Positions 28,500 to 38,087 of a DNA stretch of 64,000 nt are shown piece by piece. The translations under genes were made by a program, and so were the position numbers. The stretch lies in contig WQWB01000001.1 in the NCBI GenBank assembly GCA_009785555.1, positions 1 through 64,000 of the forward strand, written 5' to 3'. A model generated the notes under the pieces. The model made no database searches. It had not been told where the DNA came from and worked only from the letters and a program-made list of their open reading frames with translations. Source of the stretch: Defluviitaleaceae bacterium. GTDB taxonomy: Bacteria; Bacillota; Clostridia; Lachnospirales; WRAX01. The first letter of the stretch is position 1. Every line of letters starts with the position of its first letter.

Positions 28500-28673
28500 A
28501 TGGCAAAGGCAAAAAGAGGTAAGACCAACCTCACCGTTAAAGGCTGGCGCGGCTCCTGTCCGCAATGCAGCCGCACCGGCGTCCGTCTGCTCTGGGAAAC
28601 CAAGGGCGAAGACGACAAGAACATCAAAATTTGCAAGGTTTGTGACGCGGCTATTAGAAACAAAGCCAGCTAG
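28500..28673 (+). CDS. small zinc-ribbon protein (57 aa), not in the ORF track
   Basis: MAKAKRGKTNLTVKGWRGSCPQCSRTGVRLLWETKGEDDKNIKICKVCDAAIRNKAS. GGGAGG RBS. CxxC...CxxC. Confidence 0.5.
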   Translation: MAKAKRGKTNLTVKGWRGSCPQCSRTGVRLLWETKGEDDKNIKICKVCDAAIRNKAS

Positions 28674-28687
28674 CCACATATTATTTA

Positions 28688-28724
28688 GGGCGTACGGGGG
28701 TTTCCCTCGTACGCCTTTATTTTC
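28688..28724 (+). terminator. rho-independent terminator after gap / the zinc-ribbon gene
   Basis: GGGCGTACG...CGTACGCC stem then TTTATTTT. Confidence 0.5.
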
Positions 28725-28837
28725 ATTGAAAATATCAAGCCATTGCCTTCATCACCATTTTTATATTGTCTTTTGTATAATTTTATGATAAAATACGTTG
28801 TATATCAGAATATCCAAGTAAGGCAGGAGGCTAACTT

Positions 28838-29353
28838 ATGAGCGGCAAAATGTACAGGATGTCCCAACAATGGAATAATAATGTAGAATATTGGCACGGC
28901 CATGCTGCACCACCCATCGTACTGCACAGCAAGGCAGAACAGCGCGTGGCGCAGAATGCACATAACCTTGTATGGAGGAGGCTTCGCGCCGAACACGACG
29001 GCCTGACTGATGCCTACGAAGCGTTACGCAAGGATAACGAAGATTTAACTGAGATAATTGCCAAAATCGACGAACTGCATAAACGCGCGCAATGTGAAAT
29101 TGATGGATTAATAAAATCCGAAATTACAGCCTACCGCGTCAACATGGCAAGTAGCGGCGGTACCACCCGCATCGCCGAGCTTGAAGATCAAGTAAGCGAG
29201 CTTCTTGAGCGGATCGACGACCTCGAAAGCCGTGTAGACGAAGCGTACGATACGGCGCAGGACGCGCAAAATACGGCGGAAGAGGCGCAAAACACCGCAG
29301 AGGAAGCGCGTGACCTAGCGCAGTCCATATCTGACAATAATGGCGATGAATAG
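28838..29353 (+). CDS. coiled-coil hypothetical protein
   Basis: Heptad-rich C-terminal half (ELEDQVSELLERIDDLESRVDEAYD). Confidence 0.4.
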   Translation: MSGKMYRMSQQWNNNVEYWHGHAAPPIVLHSKAEQRVAQNAHNLVWRRLRAEHDGLTDAYEALRKDNEDLTEIIAKIDELHKRAQCEIDGLIKSEITAYRVNMASSGGTTRIAELEDQVSELLERIDDLESRVDEAYDTAQDAQNTAEEAQNTAEEARDLAQSISDNNGDE

Positions 29354-29786
29354 TAAGCGCGCTAAGATTATTGTTGATATTTGCATGGTCATTTTCATGG
29401 TACTGTCTTTCATAAGATGGGAGGAGAGCAACTTCGCTTTCCACGCAATCGTTGGCATTGGCTGTATGTTGTTCTTCGCCACTCATGTCTTCATCCACAG
29501 AAAATGGATAAAGGCCGTCACAAAATCGTGCTTTGCAGGTAAAATAAAGAAGGCTCTGCGCGGCAAATACATAATTAACATGCTTTTGCTGTTAGTCTGG
29601 GGTGTATGTATCACGGCGGGTTTTGTCACTATCCCGCCATTTTTAAGCGATGCTGGCAGCGGCTTTTGGTCTGCCCTCCACGGCGTTACAGCACGGGTTG
29701 GGCTAGGGCTTGTTGTTATCCACATTGTTCAGCATATCCCGGTGATAAAATCGTATTTTGGGGTTAAGAAAAAAGCTCAACCGTAG
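29340..29786 (+). CDS. membrane protein (DUF4405-like, 4 TM)
   Basis: Four hydrophobic helices with conserved His residues. The stop codon TAG lies inside a CCGTAGGGGCG repeat. Confidence 0.4.
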   Translation: MAMNSKRAKIIVDICMVIFMVLSFIRWEESNFAFHAIVGIGCMLFFATHVFIHRKWIKAVTKSCFAGKIKKALRGKYIINMLLLLVWGVCITAGFVTIPPFLSDAGSGFWSALHGVTARVGLGLVVIHIVQHIPVIKSYFGVKKKAQP

Positions 29787-29806
29787 GGGCGAACTGTGGT
29801 CGCCAG
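29781..29806. repeat. CCGTAGGGGCG repeat (half unit with internal mini-hairpin GGCGA..TCGCC)
   Basis: CCGTAGGGGCGAACTGTGGTCGCC. Confidence 0.4.
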
Positions 29807-29835
29807 TAACATATATGTTTTAGGAGGACATCAAA

Positions 29836-31014
29836 ATGATACTCATCAAAAACGGAAAAGTATTGACAATGGACGGACATGTCTATAAAAACGGCTCTGT
29901 TTTAATTAAGGACGGTAAAATTGCCGGCGTTGGCGGCGACGCCATCATGCCGGAGAGCGGCTGGACGGTTATCGACGCTACAGGCAAGATCGTTACACCC
30001 GGCCTTATCGACGCGCACACGCATTTAGGCATTTCCGAAAATTCCATCCGCTGGGAGGGTAACGACACCAACGAGGTTACCGACCCTGTCACCCCACACC
30101 TACGCGCTTTAGACGCCATAAACCCCATGTGCGAATCGTTGATGGAGGCCGTTATCGGCGGCGTTACGTCCGTTGTAACCAGCCCGGGTTCGGCAAACGT
30201 AATAGGCGGGCAGACAGTGGCTATGAAAACAGGCGGCAGCAACAGGATCGACGATTTGGTGATAAAATCCCCACACTCCATAAAATGCGCGTTGGGTGAG
30301 AACCCCAAAGGCGCATACGGCCAAGCCAAAAAGGTTGCGCCGTCCACTCGTATGGCCACGGCTGCCATTTTCCGCGAAACGTTGATAAAAGCTAAGGAGT
30401 ATTTAGATAAAAAAGACAGAGCGGGCGCCACAGAAGACGAAAAGGATAAAAAAGAACCGGATTATAACATGAAGTACGAGGCATTAATCCCCGTACTCCG
30501 GCGTGAAATACCAGTCCATTTCCACGCGCACCGTGCCGACGACATACATACTGCCATCCGCCTAACCAAGGAGTTTAACATCCGCTGCGTACTAATCCAC
30601 TCCACCGACGCGCATCTTATCTTAGACGATATCAAGGAATCCGGCTACGCGACGATCATCGGCCCGACGCTGACGAATAAGTCCAAGCCGGAAGTGAAGA
30701 ATAAAACCTTTGAAACCGCTGGCATAGTACAACGCGCCGGTATTTTGACGTGCATTACCACCGATCACCCCGTCACGCCGCTCCAGCACCTCAATGTATG
30801 CGCCGCCCTGTGCGTGCAGGCCGGGATGGATGAAGACGAAGCGTTGAAGGCGATAACTATCTATGCGGCACGCGTAATGCATTTAGATGACCGTATCGGC
30901 AGCATCGCGCCCGGCAAGGACGCGGATATAGTTATCTGGGACGCGCATCCGCTCCTAACCACGGCGCACGCGGAAACGGTTATTATTGACGGTAAGGTTT
31001 TATATAACAGATAA
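29836..31014 (+). CDS. amidohydrolase family protein
   Basis: Metal-binding HxH (DAHTHLG), TIM-barrel amidohydrolase pattern, N-terminal beta-sandwich. Confidence 0.75.
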   Translation: MILIKNGKVLTMDGHVYKNGSVLIKDGKIAGVGGDAIMPESGWTVIDATGKIVTPGLIDAHTHLGISENSIRWEGNDTNEVTDPVTPHLRALDAINPMCESLMEAVIGGVTSVVTSPGSANVIGGQTVAMKTGGSNRIDDLVIKSPHSIKCALGENPKGAYGQAKKVAPSTRMATAAIFRETLIKAKEYLDKKDRAGATEDEKDKKEPDYNMKYEALIPVLRREIPVHFHAHRADDIHTAIRLTKEFNIRCVLIHSTDAHLILDDIKESGYATIIGPTLTNKSKPEVKNKTFETAGIVQRAGILTCITTDHPVTPLQHLNVCAALCVQAGMDEDEALKAITIYAARVMHLDDRIGSIAPGKDADIVIWDAHPLLTTAHAETVIIDGKVLYNR

Positions 31015-31056
31015 TGTAGTGTCAATAGACTTGTAACGAAATTATAACCTCGACTA

Positions 31057-31080
31057 CCGTAGGGGCGGTCTACGACCGCC
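31057..31080. repeat. CCGTAGGGGCG repeat (half unit)
   Basis: CCGTAGGGGCGGTCTACGACCGCC. Confidence 0.4.
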
Positions 31081-31130
31081 ATGACCCTTAAGTTTGCATG
31101 TTTAAGTATAGGGTAATATTTGGAGACAGC

Positions 31131-31703
31131 ATGAAGACAGGTAAGATAATTTATCTAAACGGCATTTCCGGTGCGGGGAAAACTACACTAGCCAAAAAAT
31201 TACAAGAACAGGCAAGTGAACCATTTTATTGGCTTTCATTGGATATATTTTGCCAAACCCTTTCTCCAAAAAAGTTCTTGAGGGGTTATGATGCGTTTAC
31301 CTCACTTCTTAATACGGCAAAATTTTATTCGAGTATTGGGGTAAATTCAATCATTGATACTGTGCACATTCAAAAAGATACTTACGAAAAAGGCGGATTA
31401 TTTCATGCAGCCCTACAATTACTTAACGATTGCCCTGTTTTGTTTGTGCATGTAACCTGCCCGCCGGACGAACTGCGCCGCAGAAAAACCGAGCGCGGTG
31501 ATTACGATGCCGACAACCAACTGTCATTCTAATTAATGTATTTTATGCCATCTGAGCCGTATGATATAACGGTAGACACTCACAAGAACTCACCTGATGA
31601 ATGTGCAGATGCAATTATTGAAATATTAAATTTCCCGGAGAAACATACAGCGTTTCAGTCATTATTGATACAATACGACAAAAACAAGGAGGACAACAAA
31701 TGA
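31131..31703 (+). pseudogene. chloramphenicol-phosphotransferase-like P-loop kinase interrupted by an in-frame TAA (31530-31532)
   Basis: Walker A GISGAGKTT in 31131..31532. The same-frame ORF 31536..31703 (MYFMPSEPYDITVDTHKNSPDECADAIIEIL) resembles the CPT-family C-terminus. Confidence 0.45.
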
Positions 31704-32881
31704 TCAAACGCCCCTTCGGCAAAACCGGCGTAAACATATCCGCCCTAGGTTTCGGCGCGATGCGCCTGCCAACCATGCCAAACCCGGATCATAACCCGGA
31801 CGATAAAGACAGCAAGCAGAACATAATCAACGATGAGCTGGCCATCCCTTTGATGCACAAAGCCTTTGAGCTTGGCGTAAATTATATAGACACAGCCATT
31901 TACTATGTGGACGGGCTTTCAGAAATCTCCGTCGGCAAGGCCGTAAAGTCTTGGCATGCAAATGGCGGAAACCAGATTTACGTCGCCACAAAAAACCCCG
32001 TACCCGGCGACCCGGCGGACGATCTACCAAAGGTATGGTGGGAAAGGTTTGAGACGTCGCTACGCAAACTTGATTTGCCCCACATCGACTTTTACCATAT
32101 GTGGAGCTTAAACCTTGAATCCTACCAAAAAGGCGTTCTGTATAAAGAAGGCCCGCTTGCCCTCGCACTTAAGGCTAAGGAGCAAGGCCTTATAAAGCAC
32201 ATCTCCTTCAGCTGGCACGGCAAAACCGAGGATATGAAGATCCTTATCGACTCCGGCCATTTCGAGTCCGTCCTCTTGCAATACAATCTGCTTGACCGGT
32301 CTAACGAAGAAAACATCGAGCGCGCTTACGACAAGGGCTTAGGCGTCGTCGTTATGGGTCCCGTCGCAGGTGGAAGGTTGGGCGAGCCGTCGCCGGTTAT
32401 CCAAAAGGTTTTAGGTGGGAATAAAAAAGCCAGCACTGCGGAGATGGCTATGCGCTTCGTTCTTGCCAACCCTAAGGTACACGTGTCCCTCTCCGGTATG
32501 GAAAATATCGGTCAAGTTGTTGAAAACGCCGCGGTGGCCGGCATCGAGGGCGGCCTAACGGCCGACGAGGTAAGCAAAATCCATATTATGCTTGAAGAAA
32601 ACAAAAAGCTGATGGACTTGTATTGCACGGGGTGCAACTACTGCCTACCATGCCCCGCAAACATCAATATTCCACGCGTATTCACCTACATGAACTACCA
32701 CAAAGTCTACGGCCTTACGGACTATGCGAAACGCGAGTTTGCAAAAATAGGCAACGAGTCATGGGGGCCAAAGTACGCGAAAGTCTCAGAATGCGTGGAA
32801 TGCGGCGTATGCAGCGAAAAATGCCCGCAAAACATCGATATTATCAAACAATTGAAGGAAACAGAGGCGGCGCTTAGCTAA
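31700..32881 (+). CDS. aldo/keto reductase with a C-terminal 4Fe-4S ferredoxin domain
   Basis: AKR fold motifs, C-terminal CTGCNYCLPCP...CVECGVCSEKCP. Confidence 0.85.
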   Translation: MIKRPFGKTGVNISALGFGAMRLPTMPNPDHNPDDKDSKQNIINDELAIPLMHKAFELGVNYIDTAIYYVDGLSEISVGKAVKSWHANGGNQIYVATKNPVPGDPADDLPKVWWERFETSLRKLDLPHIDFYHMWSLNLESYQKGVLYKEGPLALALKAKEQGLIKHISFSWHGKTEDMKILIDSGHFESVLLQYNLLDRSNEENIERAYDKGLGVVVMGPVAGGRLGEPSPVIQKVLGGNKKASTAEMAMRFVLANPKVHVSLSGMENIGQVVENAAVAGIEGGLTADEVSKIHIMLEENKKLMDLYCTGCNYCLPCPANINIPRVFTYMNYHKVYGLTDYAKREFAKIGNESWGPKYAKVSECVECGVCSEKCPQNIDIIKQLKETEAALS

Positions 32882-33819
32882 TGCGGTATATTAACGAAAT
32901 GAGAGACGGCGAAAATGTTGTAGGTCACTACTTCTGCCGCGAAAAGCACAGCCTGAAAACCCGCGCGGGCAAGACTTATTTCAGTATTATACTGACCGAC
33001 CGCACAGGGGCCATGGAATGCAAAATCTGGGATTTAAATAACAATATACAGAGTTTTGAATCCGGCGACTACGTTAAGGTTGACGGGTCGGTAAACCTGT
33101 TTAACGACGCATTGCAAATGAAGGTCAACAAAATCCGCCGAAGCGACGCCGGCGAGTACGACCCGGCTGACTACATGCCCACGACGGCGCACAATATCGA
33201 CGATATGTTTGAAAGGCTGATGGCCTACCCCAAAACCTTCAAAAACGACTTTATCTATCAGCTTATTACAAACATTTTTACGAACGCGGAAATCTCAAAT
33301 ATGTTCAAGACATCCACGGCGGCGATGGCGATGCACCACGCATACGCCGGTGGATTGCTTGAACATACTTTGTCCGTCGTGGAGCTGTGCGACGTTTGCG
33401 CGGCAAAGTACAAATACGTCAACCGCGACGTGCTGCTTGCGTCCGCCATGCTTCACGACCTTGGCAAAATATGGGAGTTTACGGGCTTCCCCGGCAATAA
33501 ATATACCGACGCCGGGCAGCTTTTGGGCCACATATACATGGCCGCAGAGCTTGTTGGTAAGGAAGCCGCTAAGCTCGATAACTTCCCGCTACAGCTTGAA
33601 ATGGCGTTAAAGCATTGCCTCCTCGCCCACCACGGCGAGTACGAGTTCGGCTCACCCAAATTACCAGGCTTACTAGAAGCGTGGATCCTCTCCGCCTGCG
33701 ATAATTTAGACGCTAAAACGGCTGGTTTTACCGAGTTCTTAGAAAAAGACAAAAACCCCGGGCAGTGGAGCGAATACAAAAAAATGTTTGAGCGAAGTAT
33801 AAGAAGTACGGAGGTGTAG
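32881..33819 (+). CDS. yhaM: 3'-5' exoribonuclease YhaM (OB fold + HD domain)
   Basis: N-terminal OB fold, HD motif (HHAYAGGLLEHTLSV ... LHDLGK). Confidence 0.75.
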   Translation: MRYINEMRDGENVVGHYFCREKHSLKTRAGKTYFSIILTDRTGAMECKIWDLNNNIQSFESGDYVKVDGSVNLFNDALQMKVNKIRRSDAGEYDPADYMPTTAHNIDDMFERLMAYPKTFKNDFIYQLITNIFTNAEISNMFKTSTAAMAMHHAYAGGLLEHTLSVVELCDVCAAKYKYVNRDVLLASAMLHDLGKIWEFTGFPGNKYTDAGQLLGHIYMAAELVGKEAAKLDNFPLQLEMALKHCLLAHHGEYEFGSPKLPGLLEAWILSACDNLDAKTAGFTEFLEKDKNPGQWSEYKKMFERSIRSTEV

Positions 33820-33847
33820 GGGAGCACTATGTGCGCCTACAGATCAA

Positions 33848-34129
33848 ATGGATAAAGAAACGATCAGCGCAACCGAAATAAACAAATTCGTATACTGCCC
33901 TAAGCAGTGGTACTATATACGCATACACGGCGAAAAGGCCCTGCGCGAAATGTACCGGGAAATGTTCCCGGAGCGCGCGCATAAAACAAACGAATCGTTT
34001 GTAAAGGGCAACGCCTTCCACGAAAACTTCATGCGGCGGGAGAAAGCGCGCATCCTCAAACGCCGCCTTCTTATTTTTGCCGCCCTCGTCATCCTTTTCG
34101 GCGGCCTGCTTATTTTATTTGCGTTATGA
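33848..34129 (+). CDS. Cas4-like N-terminal segment (YCPKQWYY Cys motif, G..FHE motif) with a hydrophobic tail
   Basis: Matches the Cas4/DUF83 N-terminal region. Ends in an ATGA overlap with the next ORF. Confidence 0.4.
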   Translation: MDKETISATEINKFVYCPKQWYYIRIHGEKALREMYREMFPERAHKTNESFVKGNAFHENFMRREKARILKRRLLIFAALVILFGGLLILFAL

Positions 34130-34617
34130 AGACGATAAAACAAAAAAGACCCAAACTGCAAATACGCGGCTACAAACTGATATACACCGACACTAAAGCC
34201 GGCGGCGGCGATATGGAAATTAGCGGCCGGTTATTGCGTTGCCCTAAATACGAGCTAAGCGGCAAACCCGACTTCATCTTTGCCCGCCGCAAACGCTTCA
34301 TCCCCGTAGAATTAAAAAGCGGCAAGCTTGGCGAAGCAACCGAACCGCGCCGCAACGACCTCATGCAGCTAATCTGCTATTTTTTCCTCATCCAAAGCGA
34401 ATTCGGCATCAAAGTACGCAAAGCCCACTTACTCTACGGCGACACAATGTTCGTGATTAAAAATTACCGTAACCTTCGTAACGAATTTCTGACGGTTTTA
34501 GCTGAAATGCGTGAAATGCTTGAAGCCGGAGAAAGTTTCATTAACGTAGAAAAAGAATACACAAAATGCCGCTACTGCGTCTGCCGTGAAACAGTATGCG
34601 GCGTTTTAGACTCTTAA
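34126..34617 (+). CDS. Cas4-like PD-(D/E)xK nuclease core (DUF83) with a C-terminal Fe-S Cys cluster
   Basis: GKPDFIF (motif II), VELKSGK (motif III), QLICYF (QhxxY), C-terminal CRYCVCRETVC. Confidence 0.6.
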   Translation: MKTIKQKRPKLQIRGYKLIYTDTKAGGGDMEISGRLLRCPKYELSGKPDFIFARRKRFIPVELKSGKLGEATEPRRNDLMQLICYFFLIQSEFGIKVRKAHLLYGDTMFVIKNYRNLRNEFLTVLAEMREMLEAGESFINVEKEYTKCRYCVCRETVCGVLDS

Positions 34618-34667
34618 CGAGATGATAAAATCTAATAAATCTGTTTTAATGTTAAATAAGTATAGAG

Positions 34668-34730
34668 GAATTACTTTGAAATAGTAAAAAATTTAGCTTG
34701 CTAAAATTTTATTGCTATTTCAAAGTATGG
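34668..34730. promoter_or_regulatory. conserved ~60-nt palindromic element (copy 1) upstream of rlmD
   Basis: AATTACTTTGAAATAGTAAAAAATTTAGCTTGCTAAAATTTTATTGCTATTTCAAAG, near-perfect 24-bp inverted repeat. Paralog at 46378. Confidence 0.45.
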
Positions 34731-34829
34731 CTGGGCAACGCGCAAGCGTCCCAGCCTGTTCGTAGAATAACTACGCATGTAGTTATTCTACGAACATTCC
34801 TCTGTATAACCATAACTTTGGAGATAGCT

Positions 34830-36194
34830 ATGAGCACAATAGACCTTGAGATTACAAATATTAACGGCGATGGGCATGGCGTGGGGCGTGCAGATGGTTT
34901 TGTATTTTTTGTTGACGGCGGCCTGCCCGGCGATTTCCTTAGCGTCGAAGTCATAAAAACAAAAAAACACTACGCAAATTGCCGTATACTCGAAGTCATA
35001 ACACCGTCCAAGCATCGCGTCGCGCCTCCGTGCCCTGCATTTGCTCCTCTTCGTTCGCTTCACTCACCAACCCTCCCAGATGCCGGATACCCAAGTGCCA
35101 GGCAGCAATCGAGCCGCTGCGGTGGCTGTCAATTATTACATTGCGATTATGCTTCTCAGTTAATATTTAAAAAGCAAATCGTCGTTGATGCGATAACCCG
35201 CATCGGCGGTATACCAAAGCCCCCCATCGCTGATGTCGTTGGCATGGACAACCCGCTCAATTACCGTAACAAAGGCGTATTTCCAGTCTTTTTTCACGAA
35301 AACAAGGGATTTATCGGCATGAATGAGCCGCGAAGCGATAGACTTATACCCGTCGACAACTGCCTTCTCCAACATCCCGCTCATAAAGCCATCTTGGATG
35401 CCATCCGCAAATATACAAACCGCCAATGCAGGGGTATACACCGTATAATGGTTCGCGTCGGGTTTATGACCGGCGACGTGATGGCAGCAATTTCCGCCGA
35501 CAGTTCCGTTGATGCCTATGCCGATTCTATCACAGCCGACCTTGTATCCGCCGGAGCGGCCACCGTGCTGTTCAGCAGATCAAAGACGTCGGGTAATCAA
35601 TACATTGATGATTTCCATCCAACATATGGAGCTGGGTACATTACAGATTATATCGGCGACCTTAAGTTCAAAATCTCCGCTTCATCTTTCTTCCAAGTCA
35701 ACCCGATACAAACCAAGGTGTTATATGACATCGCTCTCGCCCAAGCTAACCTTACGGGCCACGAGAATGTAATAGACGCTCATTGCGGCGTTGGGAGCAT
35801 CGCACTCTGTGCATCCCGCCGCACAAACGAAGTAGTCGGCATAGACATATCCGCCTCATCTATCCGCGATGCAAACACTAATGCAAAAATTAATAACATT
35901 ACAAATGCACGCTTTATTTGTAAGCCATCCGATGCCGCTATCCCGCATTTGTTAACAGATAATTCAGTTGTCATACTTGACCCTCCCCGCGCAGGATGCG
36001 AGACGGCTCTGCTAAATGCTCTCATTGCCACCCCCCCAAAGCGTATCGTTTACATATCTTGCGACCCGGGTACGCTGGCGCGTGACCTAAAAATACTTAC
36101 GAACAGCTGCTTTTCACTGGTTGATGTACGGCCTGTTGACATGTTTCCGATGACGTCGAAGATTGAAGTTTCTTGCCTACTCGAACGGAAATAA
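34830..36194 (+). CDS. rlmD: 23S rRNA (uracil-C5)-methyltransferase RlmD/RumA family (TRAM + Fe-S + SAM MTase)
   Basis: TRAM N-terminus, Cys cluster CP...CGGCQLLHC, SAM motif HCGVGSIAL, C-terminal DPPR. Confidence 0.8.
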   Translation: MSTIDLEITNINGDGHGVGRADGFVFFVDGGLPGDFLSVEVIKTKKHYANCRILEVITPSKHRVAPPCPAFAPLRSLHSPTLPDAGYPSARQQSSRCGGCQLLHCDYASQLIFKKQIVVDAITRIGGIPKPPIADVVGMDNPLNYRNKGVFPVFFHENKGFIGMNEPRSDRLIPVDNCLLQHPAHKAILDAIRKYTNRQCRGIHRIMVRVGFMTGDVMAAISADSSVDAYADSITADLVSAGAATVLFSRSKTSGNQYIDDFHPTYGAGYITDYIGDLKFKISASSFFQVNPIQTKVLYDIALAQANLTGHENVIDAHCGVGSIALCASRRTNEVVGIDISASSIRDANTNAKINNITNARFICKPSDAAIPHLLTDNSVVILDPPRAGCETALLNALIATPPKRIVYISCDPGTLARDLKILTNSCFSLVDVRPVDMFPMTSKIEVSCLLERK

Positions 36195-36338
36195 AATAAA
36201 TACATATTACACCAAGCGATCAGATATCTTCGTTTTTATATCCTTCCATTCTCCTTTATGCAAGCAGGTTTGCCGTTGACAGCCACTATGTAAAATGATA
36301 TACTCAATAATATCAATGTTAAACAACACTAAGGAGAA

Positions 36339-37370
36339 ATGATGACAAAAATCCTCCTCCTCGCCACCGGCGGCACTATAGCAAGCGTAAAGAAAGCGGA
36401 TGGCCTTGCACCCGCCGCGTCTTCAAACATTTTGACGGGATATATAAAAGAGCTGTACAGCAACGTCGAAGTGGATTGCCGCGACATCTTAAACCTCGAC
36501 AGCTCCAACATCCAGCCGGAAGAATGGCAGCAAATAGCCCGCCACGTCTATAACTCATTGCCCGGATACGACGGCATCATCATCACCCACGGCACGGACA
36601 CTATGGCCTACACCGCTTCCGCCATCAGCTTCATGTTGCGCAACATCACAAAACCCGTCGTCATAACCGGTTCCCAACTGCCAATAACCGAGCCGCTAAC
36701 AGACGGTAAAACAAATCTGTACACCGCAGTGAGTGCCGTTTTGAGTAATATGCGCGGGGTTATGGTCGCCTTCGATAGAAAAGTAATAAACGGCACCCGC
36801 GCCGTAAAGGTCTCCACCATGGGGATGAACGCGTTTGAAAGCGTAAACGCCCCCTACATGGGGCAAGTCATGGCAGACGGCATGAGGGTAAAATCTTTAT
36901 CAACCACTGAATTGGCATGTCACAGGCGTCTTTACACGGATTACACAGAAAATTCGCCAACCAAGTTATTAGACAAACTTTGCAAAGACGTTTTCCTCTT
37001 AAAGCTCATCCCGGGCACTAAACCCGGACTGTTTGACGCACTTGCAGGTATGGGTTACCGCGGCATCGTCATCGAGGCATTCGGCAGCGGTGGTATGCAT
37101 TACCTAACGCGCGATTTAACCGAAAAGCTCGACGAACTCACTAAAAGCGGCATCGCCATCGTAGTATGCAGCCAATGCCTGTATGAAAAAACGGATCTAA
37201 CCACCTACACCGTCGCCCGCAAAGTGCTTAACACAGGCGTTATCTCCGGCCGCGATATGACGACGGAGGCGGCGGTTACAAAACTTATGTGGGCGCTTGG
37301 GCAATACGACGATATAAAAGACATCGTACGCACTTTCAATGAAAATATAGCGGGGGAAGTCACTTTATAA
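36339..37370 (+). CDS. ansA: type I L-asparaginase
   Basis: LLATGGTIAS active-site threonine motif, HGTDTMAYTA. Confidence 0.9.
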   Translation: MMTKILLLATGGTIASVKKADGLAPAASSNILTGYIKELYSNVEVDCRDILNLDSSNIQPEEWQQIARHVYNSLPGYDGIIITHGTDTMAYTASAISFMLRNITKPVVITGSQLPITEPLTDGKTNLYTAVSAVLSNMRGVMVAFDRKVINGTRAVKVSTMGMNAFESVNAPYMGQVMADGMRVKSLSTTELACHRRLYTDYTENSPTKLLDKLCKDVFLLKLIPGTKPGLFDALAGMGYRGIVIEAFGSGGMHYLTRDLTEKLDELTKSGIAIVVCSQCLYEKTDLTTYTVARKVLNTGVISGRDMTTEAAVTKLMWALGQYDDIKDIVRTFNENIAGEVTL

Positions 37371-37384
37371 TAACCAATAGCCCC

Positions 37385-37461
37385 CGCCGTTATTGCGGAC
37401 TAGTGAGAGTTTGTCTGCGCCGCACTTTGCGCAGGCTTACTCTCACTTGATCCGCAATCTC
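37385..37461. repeat. CCGCAAT-type hairpin element (reverse-complement copy of the 16444 element)
   Basis: GTTATTGCGGACTAGTGAGAG...CTCTCACTTGATCCGCAATCTC. Confidence 0.5.
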
Positions 37462-37480
37462 AAACTTAAAGGAGGCCAAT

Positions 37481-38023
37481 ATGCCTAACTTAAAAGGAAC
37501 AAAGACGGAAAAGAACTTGATGGAAGCCTTCGCTGGTGAATCCATGGCCCGCGGCAAGTACACTTATTTCGCCGGCCGCGCGAAAAAAGCCGGTTTTGAG
37601 CAGATAGCCGCGATATTTTTGGAAACCGCGTTTAACGAACAGGAACACGCCAAGCTGTGGTTCAAACTCCTCCACGGCGGTGAAGTGCCCGAGCTTGAAG
37701 AATGCCTAAAAATAGCCGCCGAGGGTGAACGCGAGGAATGGACGGAAATGTACAAACGTATGGCTGAGGAAGCCCGTGATGAAGGCTTCACCGACATAGC
37801 CCGACAGTTTGAAATGGTAGGCCAAATCGAAAAGGAGCATGAGGAACGATACCTCAGGCTGCTCAAAAGCGTCAACGAGTCCACAACATTTAAAAAAGAG
37901 GAAAACCACACATGGCTGTGCCGCAACTGCGGCTTTACGCACACCGCCTCCGCCGCGCCAGTCTTATGCCCCGTGTGCAAGCACCCACAGGCGTATTTTG
38001 AGATGAAATCGGAAAACTATTAG
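37481..38023 (+). CDS. rbr: rubrerythrin (ferritin-like diiron domain + C-terminal rubredoxin)
   Basis: EQEH diiron motifs, C-terminal CRNCGF...CPVCKHP. Confidence 0.9.
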   Translation: MPNLKGTKTEKNLMEAFAGESMARGKYTYFAGRAKKAGFEQIAAIFLETAFNEQEHAKLWFKLLHGGEVPELEECLKIAAEGEREEWTEMYKRMAEEARDEGFTDIARQFEMVGQIEKEHEERYLRLLKSVNESTTFKKEENHTWLCRNCGFTHTASAAPVLCPVCKHPQAYFEMKSENY

Positions 38024-38044
38024 TATCTAGCATAAAAAGAAGAT

Positions 38045-38080
38045 GAGCAAATTATGCTCATCTTCTTTTTAGCACCTAAG
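38045..38080. terminator. bidirectional rho-independent terminator
   Basis: AAGAAGATGAGCA...TGCTCATCTTCTT stem then TTTT. Confidence 0.55.
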
Positions 38081-38087
38081 ATAATAC

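Noticed and set aside
33848-34617. Possible CRISPR-Cas locus, because of the Cas4-like nuclease
   Set aside because: No cas1, cas2, other cas genes or direct-repeat array anywhere in the window. Stand-alone DUF83/Cas4-like nucleases are common.
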